Origin: Candidatus Cloacimonadales bacterium
Lineage (GTDB): Bacteria; Cloacimonadota; Cloacimonadia; Cloacimonadales; TCS61
DNA: 61,367 nucleotides
Direction: 5' to 3'
NCBI GenBank assembly: GCA_030656075.1
Contig: JAUSOT010000145.1
Coordinates: 1 to 61,367, forward strand
Below are positions 1 to 9,842 of this stretch, in pieces. Position 1 is the first letter of the stretch. Every line of letters begins with the position of its first letter. The notes beneath the pieces were generated by a model. The model was given only the letters and a program-made list of their open reading frames with translations. It did not search any database and was not told where the DNA came from. The position numbers were made by a program, and so were the translations under genes.

Positions 1-1752
1 AACTATTCCTACCACACCGCCATGTAATTCAGTGACAATTTCCTGTCCGCTTCCTGCCCCGATATCCATTCCTCTGACCGGTTTCAAATTCGCTTTAGCA
101 GTTTCTCCCACACCGCAGGGAAGAAGCCTTAATTCTCCAAATTTGATGTCCTCTTCAAAAACTTCGCCATTAGGAAGCTCAATTTTAGCCGAAAGAACAA
201 CTTTATCAGCTTTGCTCTTGCCGACTGGAGCGACACAGGTTCCCAGATAGACCAGACAGTCTTTTTCAAAAACTTCCGTTGCAGCCTGTTCACTGATCTC
301 TGCCAGGACGCCGAGTTGCGGCATCATAAAGATACTATCCACAGCCAGCCTGGTTATACCTTCCGGCAGGAAGGAATCGATCAACATCATCACAGATTGA
401 TTTCGACGGGGAGCATGAGAAAGCACTCCACCGGAGCCGACCAGCAGGTCGAGGCTCATCATGTTCACGATAGATTCACCGGAGGTTGATTGAGAAAAAG
501 CTTCGGAAATTTCACGCTGTCTTTGTCCGCCCTTCAGGGAAACGGCAAATTCTTTATGTTGGATGAAAGCATATTTGAGGGCTTCTTTAGCAATTGCCTG
601 TTCCAGAACGAGTTCTTCCAATTGCTGGGGAATTGTCGTTGGACGGATCATTTTATTTTTGATCATGTTACGCAAACCTGATTCATCGATATCGAAAGGA
701 ACCCAGCGCAGAATTCCATCTATACCGGCTGTAGCCAGCACATTAGAAATACTGTAGCTCAAACCAAGATTGGCGCTAACGGTTCGGTTAAATACTTTTT
801 CCGGTGTGAAAACCGAAAAAACGTCTGTTGTCGCACCACCGATATCAACACCCAAAACTTCGATGTTGTTCACTTTGGCAATAGTCTGCATGATGTTTCC
901 CACGGCAGCCGGGGTCGGCATGATAGGAATATCAGTGAGTTTGCCGTCGATCGGGCCTTTTGTCCAGGTCATCAATTTACCGTAGCCGGGAGCTTGAGCC
1001 ATCACATGTTCCATGAAAAGGTCATGGATTTTATCACGAGCCGGCCCCAGGTTTTCTCTTTCCAGAGTGGGACGCAAATTATCAGTAATAATAAGATCAG
1101 TTTTGCTTTCCAGTGTTTTTTTAATAATATCCCGGGCTGAGGTATTTCCAGCATAAATAATCGGAAGTTTATAGCTGGAGCCAAGACGCGGCTTGGGGTC
1201 GGCTGCTCCGACCAACTCAGCCATTTCGGCTACGTGTTTGGTGGTTCCGCCGTCCACACCGCCGGCCATCAAGATCATATCCGGCCGCAGATGCCTGATC
1301 CGCTCGATCTTTTCATGATTGGCGCGTTTATCATTGCTGGCGATCAAATCCATCACGATAGCCCCGGCACCCAAAGCAGCCCGTTCCGCACTTTCTCCGG
1401 TCATTTTAGCGACAACACCGGTCACCATCATTTGCAATCCACCACCGGCGCTGCTGGTGGAAACATAAGCTTGCACGCCTTCACCATCTTTGTCCGATAG
1501 CCAGATAGTTTCATCTTTGATGAATTTAATGCTGTCATCGTTGTATTTGATACGGGCGAGTTCTTCCAATTCGGTGACTGCGTTGATAACGCCTCTGGTT
1601 ACATCATTCAAAGGTTTTTCTACAGTTGTGGGAGCTTCTCCACGTACTGTTTGACGGTATTCACCATCGATATACTCAATCAGAATCGATTTCGTGGTAG
1701 TACTTCCGCAGTCGGTAGCGATGATTCTTCTCAGCTTTTGAGTATCTCCCAT
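1..1752 (-). CDS. GlmL/MutL-family (glutamate mutase L, B12-mutase reactivase-like) ATPase; 3' end runs off the window
   Basis: Absent from the ORF track because it is truncated. Both ends hand-translated in the same frame: ATG 1752 after GGAGG gives MGDTQKLRRIIATDCGSTTTKSILIE (actin-like phosphate-1 motif typical of GlmL); the window edge reads ELHGGVVGIV. Confidence 0.8.
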   Translation of the reverse strand, partial: MGDTQKLRRIIATDCGSTTTKSILIEYIDGEYRQTVRGEAPTTVEKPLNDVTRGVINAVTELEELARIKYNDDSIKFIKDETIWLSDKDGEGVQAYVSTSSAGGGLQMMVTGVVAKMTGESAERAALGAGAIVMDLIASNDKRANHEKIERIRHLRPDMILMAGGVDGGTTKHVAEMAELVGAADPKPRLGSSYKLPIIYAGNTSARDIIKKTLESKTDLIITDNLRPTLERENLGPARDKIHDLFMEHVMAQAPGYGKLMTWTKGPIDGKLTDIPIMPTPAAVGNIMQTIAKVNNIEVLGVDIGGATTDVFSVFTPEKVFNRTVSANLGLSYSISNVLATAGIDGILRWVPFDIDESGLRNMIKNKMIRPTTIPQQLEELVLEQAIAKEALKYAFIQHKEFAVSLKGGQRQREISEAFSQSTSGESIVNMMSLDLLVGSGGVLSHAPRRNQSVMMLIDSFLPEGITRLAVDSIFMMPQLGVLAEISEQAATEVFEKDCLVYLGTCVAPVGKSKADKVVLSAKIELPNGEVFEEDIKFGELRLLPCGVGETAKANLKPVRGMDIGAGSGQEIVTELHGGVVGIV

Positions 1753-1767
1753 TCGTTCCTCCATGTT

Positions 1768-2178
1768 TTATTTCTTGAATATTTTATAAAAGAAATTCTT
1801 AATTTTATTCATTCTTCTTTTTCTTAGAAGTTTGCGTTTTTCACGTTCTTCACGATACATTTCCACATCCAGTTCATCGATACGATCTATTAACAATTTT
1901 ACATTTTCTTCTTTTTCCAGCAGAACAGCAAATTCCTGATGTTCTTTTGTATTGAATAATGTTTCGATAAAAGGTGAAAGAAAATAGATAACCTGGCTGC
2001 CGATCCGAGCCAGGGGGCGAAGCGATTCGATCGTCATGATTGCCGGCGCTGCCATTCTGTGTTTCACAATGAAGCGCGATGCTTTCTCGATCAATTCCAC
2101 CGAACGTTCCCTGCTGATTTCCAGTATCATAAATTTCCTTTTATTCATCAGGCTCGATTTACCTAACTTCTTTATCAC
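1768..2178 (-). CDS. Hypothetical protein, probably co-transcribed with the GlmL-like gene
   Basis: 136-aa ORF ending 15 bp before the GlmL-like start, with a TTGACA box upstream; start codon uncertain. Confidence 0.7.
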   Translation of the reverse strand: MIKKLGKSSLMNKRKFMILEISRERSVELIEKASRFIVKHRMAAPAIMTIESLRPLARIGSQVIYFLSPFIETLFNTKEHQEFAVLLEKEENVKLLIDRIDELDVEMYREEREKRKLLRKRRMNKIKNFFYKIFKK

Positions 2179-2324
2179 TAAATAATTACCTTTTACAATT
2201 CAGATTTGTCAAAAAATCTTGATACTATGTTCACTGTCAAGACAATGATTTTCTTATAACATTATTTATTAACTGGTTAGTAGAAATAAAAACATGCCAA
2301 TCAATTGATTCCCTTGGTGCCTAA

Positions 2325-3020
2325 TCAAGCGCGGGCAATGGTGAGCACAAAAACCTTCGCGGCGCCATTTTGTCTCAGCACACTTGAAATGCTGTTCACA
2401 GTTGCTCCAGTGGTGAAAACGTCATCAACAATGAGAATATTTTTGTTGTTAATATTCAGTTTTGCCTTCAAAGAAAAGGCATCCTGCACATTTTTCTTCC
2501 GATCTTTCCTGCCCAATTTTGTTTGAGTTTCTGTGAATCTTCGACGTTGAATCAGATTTGGTTCATGCGGCCAGTTCATTCTGCGGGAAATCTCTGCTGT
2601 CAGAAGTTGAGACTGATTAAAGCCGCGAGAGCGTTTCTTTACTTTATGCAGGGGAACGGGAGCGATAATATCTACGGATTGAAAAGGATTAAATTCACGC
2701 AGATAATCTTCGGTTAATTTTCCAAAAAGAATTGCAACTTTCCTCATTTCATCATATTTCAGATCATGGATCAGATTCAGGATCATTTTATTAAATTGAA
2801 AAACCGATCTTGCTTTATCAAATTGGAATTCATTTCCTTGGCAAATCAGACACGTTTTTCCCTGATCGTAAGCTCCGCAAACAGGGCAGACCTCGGTTAA
2901 AAATTCCAACGAGTTTAAACAGCTTTCGCAAATTATGTCATTCTGAATTCTGTCGTTACAACTGAAACAGGTTCTTGGAAAAAGAAGATCTATCAACGAA
3001 GATAAAATATTACTCTTCAT
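2325..3020 (-). CDS. comF: ComF family protein (double zinc ribbon plus PRTase domain)
   Basis: LLFPRTCFSC and CPVC motifs, PVPLH...RGFNQ, ILIVDDVFTTGAT PRTase motif. Confidence 0.9.
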   Translation of the reverse strand: MKSNILSSLIDLLFPRTCFSCNDRIQNDIICESCLNSLEFLTEVCPVCGAYDQGKTCLICQGNEFQFDKARSVFQFNKMILNLIHDLKYDEMRKVAILFGKLTEDYLREFNPFQSVDIIAPVPLHKVKKRSRGFNQSQLLTAEISRRMNWPHEPNLIQRRRFTETQTKLGRKDRKKNVQDAFSLKAKLNINNKNILIVDDVFTTGATVNSISSVLRQNGAAKVFVLTIARA

Positions 3021-3696
3021 GTTCCTCTTCAGTTTCGTGTTTTCGTTTTCGTGGTTTCACGGCAAAACCAAGTTGAACGAGGTATGGTTCGTCCTGTTCC
3101 CAAATCATCAAAGCCCAGGAATAAAGCGAACGTAATTTTCGCGAATCTTCTCTATAAAGTTCCATTTGGATCGAATTATTTAATTCGCTTTTTTCAGATT
3201 TTAGCTGCTTGATTTTCTGGAATATTTTTGCAGATTCAGCTAAAAGATTTTTCAATTTCTCGATAAATTCTCCGGGAATTATTTCTTCTCCCTGATCTAA
3301 AAATCTCTGAGAAGACTTCAATAATTTTTCCACAACTTTGATTTTGTCGGAACGGTTTCTGGGAAATTTTTCTCCAATTCCCAGAAAGAGATTTTTCTTT
3401 TTATCTTCCAAAAATGTGGAGAGCAATAAACGCTTACATCTCAAATAATATTTGAATGTTTTTTCATCAGCATCTCTCAATTCGCTGTAAAAATTTTCTG
3501 AATTCAGCTTCTTGTTTTTAGCATTTCCCAAGACATTTTTCCATTTCTCAGCAGCATGCAATCCCCAGTTCACCAGAGTACGCGGAATATTGAGAGAAGG
3601 AGCCCAATATTCGATGTAGTTTTTTAAAATTTCCAATCGTGCAGTCCGTACGGCATAGCTGTCATTAGTAAAATAATTATCGGTATATTCCGCCAT
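3010..3696 (-). CDS. Hypothetical helical protein
   Basis: 228-aa ORF with AGGAGG RBS; its stop overlaps the comF start. Confidence 0.75.
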   Translation of the reverse strand: MAEYTDNYFTNDSYAVRTARLEILKNYIEYWAPSLNIPRTLVNWGLHAAEKWKNVLGNAKNKKLNSENFYSELRDADEKTFKYYLRCKRLLLSTFLEDKKKNLFLGIGEKFPRNRSDKIKVVEKLLKSSQRFLDQGEEIIPGEFIEKLKNLLAESAKIFQKIKQLKSEKSELNNSIQMELYREDSRKLRSLYSWALMIWEQDEPYLVQLGFAVKPRKRKHETEEEHEE

Positions 3697-3905
3697 AAAA
3701 ACCTCCTTAATTCAATCTGAATATCTTTCCGATCATGTTTCATGATCTCAAGATACAAAACATTACTTTTTTTAAGAATGATGGATTGTATGTCAAGTAA
3801 AAGTATTTTAACCGTCAATGGCGTGATGTGGTATTGGTATGGATGTGAATTAATTAGTGGTAGCCATATAATCAACATTGTGATGATTTAGTAAATTGCT
3901 TTAAT

Positions 3906-4628
3906 TTAGTTTCTATTTTTATATGATAAGACAATATGCCGGATGAGGCCATATAAAACATAGACCACAATCCACAAAATAAAGACATAATATGGATACC
4001 GGATGGCGACAACAGCCGACAGCAAAGCAAGCACAATGAAGAGCTTTGCTTCGCGGGAAAATTTCTTACCTTTTTCCAACGGAAGGTATTCGATTTTACT
4101 GACCATAAGAAGCCCCGAAATGAAGGTCAAAGCCAGAAGGGAATTAGCAGATTTTATGGAATTCCAGGAGAAAAAATTCAGGATGATATAAGAAGAAATT
4201 ATCCCGGCTGCGGCAGGGATCGGCAGTCCGACAAAAGGTTGTTTTTTGGTGGAATTTGTTTCGGCCAGGGTGAAGCGGACGAGTCGATATCCACCGGCGA
4301 GAATGTAAAAAAAAGTAACGACAGCGCCGGTGATTCCCAATTCGAAAAGTGCCACTTTGTAAGCCAGAAAACCGGGAACAACTCCGAAGGCGACAAAATC
4401 GGACAAGGTATCGAAAAGAGCTCCAAATTTACTCTGGGCATGTAACAGCCTGGCCAGTTTTCCATCCAAGAAATCACAAACCATGGAAGCAGCAATAAAC
4501 CAGGCAGAGTTTACGAAATTTTTATCCATGGTGTATTGCAGGGAGATGAGGCCGAAAACCAGGCTGAGTGCGGTGAAAAAATTTGGAATGATAATTTTAA
4601 ATTTAGTAAATCCGTTTGCCAAGATCAA
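3906..4628 (-). CDS. pssA: CDP-diacylglycerol--serine O-phosphatidyltransferase
   Basis: IPNFFT, DFLDGKLAR...FGALFDTLSDFVAFGVVP CDP-alcohol phosphotransferase motif, RLVRF, FVGLPIP. Confidence 0.9.
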   Translation of the reverse strand: MILANGFTKFKIIIPNFFTALSLVFGLISLQYTMDKNFVNSAWFIAASMVCDFLDGKLARLLHAQSKFGALFDTLSDFVAFGVVPGFLAYKVALFELGITGAVVTFFYILAGGYRLVRFTLAETNSTKKQPFVGLPIPAAAGIISSYIILNFFSWNSIKSANSLLALTFISGLLMVSKIEYLPLEKGKKFSREAKLFIVLALLSAVVAIRYPYYVFILWIVVYVLYGLIRHIVLSYKNRN

Positions 4629-5152
4629 ACTTCCTTTGAAGCTAGAATTGTATGCCCGGAGATTACTTTTTGTAAGGCTGAAACGCTTATTGAAAATTCA
4701 TCAGGAAGTAAAATTTCACAAATTAATTTTCCTGTTTTAAAACCGATTAATTTTCCAACTTCTGAAGAGAAGTCTTCCCACAAAATTGGCTGCTTTCCAT
4801 GAAAAAGGATATCAATATTTTGTTCTACAGTTGCATTTCTGATATCCACAGATTGCCAGAAATATTTGGTGATGATTAACTTATTTCCTTCAATTTTTGT
4901 AACCCTTCCATTCACCGGAGATAACACACAGCCGGAAATATCTTCGGGAAGAACAGCTTTGTTGATCTTGAATATTACAAAGACGAACATGTACCAGAGA
5001 AGTCCGAAAAGAGCGATATATTTTACTTCATCCACCCGGTAAAAATGATTGATGATGAAAGTGATGAGGATGAGAATAATCGGCCATAAAGAAGCTAAAT
5101 ATTTCTGTTTATGGATCGAATTAATATAATTGAGAGGATTTAGTTTATCCAT
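4625..5152 (-). CDS. Phosphatidylserine decarboxylase-like membrane protein, degenerate
   Basis: Two N-terminal TM helices, LSPVNGRV (cf. SPADGRV), C-terminal QKVISGHTILA (cf. DKVxAGETILA); overlaps pssA; FGS cleavage motif absent. Confidence 0.65.
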   Translation of the reverse strand: MDKLNPLNYINSIHKQKYLASLWPIILILITFIINHFYRVDEVKYIALFGLLWYMFVFVIFKINKAVLPEDISGCVLSPVNGRVTKIEGNKLIITKYFWQSVDIRNATVEQNIDILFHGKQPILWEDFSSEVGKLIGFKTGKLICEILLPDEFSISVSALQKVISGHTILASKEV

Positions 5153-5154
5153 AC

Positions 5155-6447
5155 TTAGATGCCAACTCTGCAGAAAATATAATCAACATTTTCGGTGTAA
5201 CGATCATAAGAAAAAATATTTTCAATTTCTGCTTCGGTAAAATATTTACTTACTTCTTCATCTTGCAAGATCAGTTCTTTAAACGGCTGTTGGGTTTTCC
5301 AGCAGAGCATGGCATTGCGCTGCACGAGAGTGTAGGCATTTTCGCGCGAAATTCCTTTTTTAGCCAGTTCCAGCAGAAGCACCTGGGAGAAGATCAATCC
5401 ATTGGTCAATTCCAGGTTCTGTTTCATTTTTTCAGGATAGATCAGCAGATTTTCGATCAGCAGGATCATTTTATTCAGCATGTAGTTTGCCAGGATGGTT
5501 GAGTCCGGCAGGATGATGCGTTCCACAGAAGAATGACTGATATCTCGTTCATGCCAGAGTGCGTTATTTTCCAAAGCCGCCATGGCATTGCTTCTAAGAA
5601 GTCGAGCCAGTCCGCACATTTGCTCCGTCACGATTGGATTGCGTTTATGTGGCATAGCGGAAGAACCTTTCTGACCTTTGGAAAAATTTTCTTCTACTTC
5701 CAGAACTTCCGTTCTCTGCAGATGCCTGATTTCCAGAGATATCTTTTCGATCGTTGTTCCGATTACAGCGATTGTGTTCATAAATTCGGAAATCCGATCT
5801 CGCTGGATGACCTGAGTGGAAATGTTTACCGGTTTCAGATCAAGATACTGGCAGGCGATCTTTTCGATTTCCGGGGAAAGATGAGCGTAATTTCCCACAG
5901 CACCGGAAATCTGACCGACAGAGATCACTTCCACAGCTTTTTCCATGCGGCTCAAGTTGCGCTGCATTTCGTCGAACCAGAGAGCAAACTTCAATCCGAA
6001 AGTAATTGGCTCGGCGTGAATGCCGTGCGAACGCCCGATACATAGAGTGAATTTATATTCACGAGCTTTTATCTTCAGAACTTCGCTGAATTTTTCCAGA
6101 TCGCGGATAATGAGCTCTCCAGCCTGACGAAGCTGCAGGGAAGTTGCTGAGTCCAATACATCCGATGAAGTCATGCCGTAATGAATCCAACGGGAAGACG
6201 GACCGACAAATTCACCAACATTCGTCAAAAAAGCGATCACGTCATGTTTGGTGATTGCTTCGATCTCGGCAATGCGTTCCACATCAAAATCAGCACGTTC
6301 AACAATTATATCCAAATCTTCATCGGGAATTATTCCCAGCTCGTTCATAGCTTTACAAGCGGCGATTTCCACGTCCAGCATGCATTGAAAGCGGTTTTGC
6401 AGTTCCCAGATTTTCGACATCTCTTCCCGCGAATATCGTGCGATCAT
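5155..6447 (-). CDS. purB: Adenylosuccinate lyase
   Basis: MIARYSR, HDVIAF, TSSD, GRSHGIHAEP, GSSAMPHKRNP signature. Confidence 0.97.
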   Translation of the reverse strand: MIARYSREEMSKIWELQNRFQCMLDVEIAACKAMNELGIIPDEDLDIIVERADFDVERIAEIEAITKHDVIAFLTNVGEFVGPSSRWIHYGMTSSDVLDSATSLQLRQAGELIIRDLEKFSEVLKIKAREYKFTLCIGRSHGIHAEPITFGLKFALWFDEMQRNLSRMEKAVEVISVGQISGAVGNYAHLSPEIEKIACQYLDLKPVNISTQVIQRDRISEFMNTIAVIGTTIEKISLEIRHLQRTEVLEVEENFSKGQKGSSAMPHKRNPIVTEQMCGLARLLRSNAMAALENNALWHERDISHSSVERIILPDSTILANYMLNKMILLIENLLIYPEKMKQNLELTNGLIFSQVLLLELAKKGISRENAYTLVQRNAMLCWKTQQPFKELILQDEEVSKYFTEAEIENIFSYDRYTENVDYIFCRVGI

Positions 6448-6478
6448 CTTCTACCTCGTTTATTAAGTCTGATTAATT

Positions 6479-7084
6479 TTAATCTCTCTTTCGAGTTATT
6501 TTGTCAATTTCAATTTTGATCAGATCAATTTTATTTTGCCAAACTTCAATTCCGGTAAGATCGGTTTCGTAAAAAAAATCGATCGAGAATTCCTTAGAAA
6601 GTTGTTTGATACTTTTAATTTTCATCTCCTCCGAAAATCGAATAGTCGTATTTTCATCGAAGTTTAGAATATTATTCCTGATAATTTGATTTTTGAATTT
6701 CAATAACTGTAATGGTTTCAGAAAAAATTGTAAACCGGGGAATCGATCAAGAGCGAAAAATTCAGGTTCGGCAGATTGCGTTTTTATCTGGATCAGGGAA
6801 TCGATTTTCACCGTCAGGAACGGTTCGGGTTTCATGCCGAAAATCCCGGAATCATAAACTGTGATTTTGAATATATCGCTAGTTTTTTTGATATTTATAT
6901 TTTTTCGAAATACAAAATTATCATAATTAACGGTGACGATACCATCTGCCTGAAACTCATTCCAGCTTTCCAGGTGTTCAAGCAGAAGTTGTTCTTTATC
7001 GATTAAATTTAATTTTGAGTTGATAGCACAACCGGCCAGCAGAAGAATGAAAAAGATCGAAAGACTATTTCTCAGCAGGTTCAT
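6479..7084 (-). CDS. Hypothetical lipoprotein
   Basis: Lipobox LLAGC after a hydrophobic leader; overlaps the lgt stop. Confidence 0.75.
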   Translation of the reverse strand: MNLLRNSLSIFFILLLAGCAINSKLNLIDKEQLLLEHLESWNEFQADGIVTVNYDNFVFRKNINIKKTSDIFKITVYDSGIFGMKPEPFLTVKIDSLIQIKTQSAEPEFFALDRFPGLQFFLKPLQLLKFKNQIIRNNILNFDENTTIRFSEEMKIKSIKQLSKEFSIDFFYETDLTGIEVWQNKIDLIKIEIDKITRKRD

Positions 7085-7862
7085 TTTCCTTCACCCGGAT
7101 GAGAAGTGCGATAGCGATCAAACTGGTAGCGATCATCAATGAACATAAAATCTGTCCGGTGGTCAGGAATCCCCAAACATATCCAAGATGGGCATCCGGT
7201 TCCCGCACGAATTCGATAAAGAATCTGAAAAAACCGTACAAACCGATCCAACTCCAGAAAACAATGCCAGGTTTTTTAATTTTTCTAAACATCCAATTAG
7301 TGATTAGAAAGAGGATCAATCCTTCAAAAAGCGCTTCATAAAGCTGCGATGGATGGCGCGGTTTTCCATCCGAATTGGGAAAAACCATACCCCAGGGAAG
7401 AGAAGTTACTCGTCCAAAAAGTTCGGCATTGATGAAATTTCCCAGCCTTCCCAAGAGCAGCCCGATGGAAACCAGCGGCATCACCGGATCTGCCATTCTG
7501 TAAAAACTTAATTTATGTTTTTTGCAGAAGAAATAGCCAAAGATGATCACCCCCAAAGCGCCGCCGTGAAAGGACATTCCTCCCTGCCAAACGGTAAAAA
7601 TATGCAACGGATTGTACAAATAATAGCTGAGATTATAAAATAAAACATATCCCAGTCTGCCGCCAACTATCACGCCCAGCATCAGATTGAAAAGCAGAGA
7701 TTCATATTCGTCTTTTTTTAATTTTATGCCTTGCGAGGCATAATTTCTACGCACAAAAATGTAGGCAACAGCAAAGCCGATGATATAAAATAATCCGTAC
7801 CAGCGAATTTCAAACATACCCAGCTTTAGGATCGTGGGATTTATCTCAGGAAATCTTAACAT
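7065..7862 (-). CDS. lgt: Prolipoprotein diacylglyceryl transferase
   Basis: IRWYGL, GGRLGYV, WQGGMSFHGG, GRLGNFINAELFGR, RHPSQLYE, EFVREPD. Confidence 0.97.
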   Translation of the reverse strand: MLRFPEINPTILKLGMFEIRWYGLFYIIGFAVAYIFVRRNYASQGIKLKKDEYESLLFNLMLGVIVGGRLGYVLFYNLSYYLYNPLHIFTVWQGGMSFHGGALGVIIFGYFFCKKHKLSFYRMADPVMPLVSIGLLLGRLGNFINAELFGRVTSLPWGMVFPNSDGKPRHPSQLYEALFEGLILFLITNWMFRKIKKPGIVFWSWIGLYGFFRFFIEFVREPDAHLGYVWGFLTTGQILCSLMIATSLIAIALLIRVKENEPAEK

Positions 7863-7933
7863 TCTAATTCCTTCTATTAATTACGAAAGCACACCGGTAT
7901 TCAATTCTCCGATTGCTTTCGGTTTGATAAAAA

Positions 7934-8716
7934 TTATTTTCCAAATTCTTTCAATTTTTTGTAGAGAATTTCCGTCAGCTCTTCAGCAGGAAGTTCATGT
8001 TTCTCGACGTCTTTTTTAAATTCGGGCGAGAAGATTTTAACGACCTGAGTTGGCGATCCATTCAAGCCGATATCGTTTTCATTCAAATCCAGATCAGCAG
8101 CAGTCATGATCTTCATTTTGATTACTTTAGCATTACGCTTTCCACGCAAAGAAGGCAATCTTGGAATGTTAATGTCTTTCACCACCGTCAGCACGGCAGG
8201 AAGACTTATTTGAATTCTATCGTAACCATCTTCCATCAGGCGTTGAACTATCATCTTTCCGTCTTTGATTTCTTCGATCTTGCGGACGAAACCGGTTTGC
8301 GGAAGTTTGAGATGAGCAGCAACTCCTGGTCCCACTTGAGCAGTGTCACCGTCGATGGCTTGCTGCCCGAAAAAGATAAGATCATATTCACCGATTTTCT
8401 TGATCGCTTCGGCTAAAGTCAGGCTGGTTGCCCAGGTATCCGCTCCGGCAAATTTGCGGTCTGTGAGCAAAACGATCTCATCCACGCCCATGGAAACGGT
8501 TTCCCGCAGAGCCGATTCAACTTGAGGTGGGCCCATACTGAGAGCTGTAATTTTTCCACCATATTGCTCTTTCAGCCGGATCGCTGCTTCGATTGCATAC
8601 AGGTCAAAAGGATTGATAATGCTTTCCACACCTTCGCGGATCAGAGTATTAGTTACCGGATCAATTTTGATCTCATTTGTATCGGGCACCTGCTTGATGC
8701 AGACGATAATATTCAT
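7934..8716 (-). CDS. etfB: Electron transfer flavoprotein beta subunit
   Basis: Start reassigned to MNIIVCIKQVPDT (8716); INPFD, SMGPP, GADTWATS, QAIDGDTAQVGP. Confidence 0.95.
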   Translation of the reverse strand: MNIIVCIKQVPDTNEIKIDPVTNTLIREGVESIINPFDLYAIEAAIRLKEQYGGKITALSMGPPQVESALRETVSMGVDEIVLLTDRKFAGADTWATSLTLAEAIKKIGEYDLIFFGQQAIDGDTAQVGPGVAAHLKLPQTGFVRKIEEIKDGKMIVQRLMEDGYDRIQISLPAVLTVVKDINIPRLPSLRGKRNAKVIKMKIMTAADLDLNENDIGLNGSPTQVVKIFSPEFKKDVEKHELPAEELTEILYKKLKEFGK

Positions 8717-8729
8717 TAAAGCAAGACTC

Positions 8730-9833
8730 CTATTTGTAGAAATTTCGAATTTCTTCGATAACATAATCTTGCTGTTCTTTCGTGATTTCAGAAAAAACAG
8801 GAATGGAAATCACTGATTCTGCCAATTGTTCGGAAATCGGGAAATCACTTTTTTTATAATTCAGATAGGAAAAACATTCCTGCTGATGTAAAGGCAGAGG
8901 GTAATAAATGGCGCAGCCGATATCGTTAGATCGCAGATATTTGAGAAGCTCGTCTCTTTTTTCAGCGACCAAAGTGAACTGATTGAAGATACTCTCAGCT
9001 TTTTTGTGAACAACCGGAAGTTTAATTTGAGGGATATTTTGCATATTTTGGAAATAATATGCTGCGTTTTTTCTGCGAGCTTCCGACCAAGCCGGAAGAT
9101 ATCTCAATTTCACCAGCAGCACTGCTGCCTGAATCGTATCCAAGCGACTATTCAAACCTACCCATTTATGATAATATTGAGGGTTTTCACCATGTTCGCG
9201 CAACTGGAAAAGCCTGTCAGCCAATTCAGCATCATTGGTCAAGCACATGCCGCCGTCACCCATTGCTCCCAGGTTTTTGCTGGGAAAGAAAGACAGCGTG
9301 CCGATATCGCCGATCGTACCCGCAGTTTTGCCGTCAAATTTGGCTCCAATTCCCTGAGCATTATCTTCGATCACTTTCAGATTGTGTTTTTTAGCAATTG
9401 CCATGATCTTATCCATCTCAGCCGGTTGACCGAAAAGGTGAACCGCAATGATCGCTTTTGTTTTGGGCGTGATCGCAACTTCAATTTTATCGGGATCGAT
9501 ATTAAAAGTGTCGGATTTAACATCTACAAAAACCGGTCTGGCTCCCACACGATGGATCGTGCCGGCTGTGGCAAAAAAAGTGAAGGGAGTTGTGATAACT
9601 TCGTCGCCATCTCCGATACTCAGAGCCAGCAAAGCCAGCACAAGTGCATCTGTGCCGGACGCACAGCCTACAGCATGTTTCACTTCACAGAACTTCTGCA
9701 TTTCCTCTTCAAATTCTTTAACCTGCGGTCCCAATTTATAAGCATGAGAAGCAAAAACCTTCTCCATCTCTGAACGAATATCATCCATGACGGGAGCATA
9801 TTGAGCGTTTAAATCCAGCAGAGGAACTTTCAT
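8730..9833 (-). CDS. DegT/DnrJ/EryC1/StrS aminotransferase
   Basis: SGTDAL, TPFTFFAT, VHLFG, EDNAQ, SFFPSKNLGAMGDGG PLP-lysine motif, NSRLD. Confidence 0.95.
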   Translation of the reverse strand: MKVPLLDLNAQYAPVMDDIRSEMEKVFASHAYKLGPQVKEFEEEMQKFCEVKHAVGCASGTDALVLALLALSIGDGDEVITTPFTFFATAGTIHRVGARPVFVDVKSDTFNIDPDKIEVAITPKTKAIIAVHLFGQPAEMDKIMAIAKKHNLKVIEDNAQGIGAKFDGKTAGTIGDIGTLSFFPSKNLGAMGDGGMCLTNDAELADRLFQLREHGENPQYYHKWVGLNSRLDTIQAAVLLVKLRYLPAWSEARRKNAAYYFQNMQNIPQIKLPVVHKKAESIFNQFTLVAEKRDELLKYLRSNDIGCAIYYPLPLHQQECFSYLNYKKSDFPISEQLAESVISIPVFSEITKEQQDYVIEEIRNFYK

Positions 9834-9842
9834 GAACTTCTC

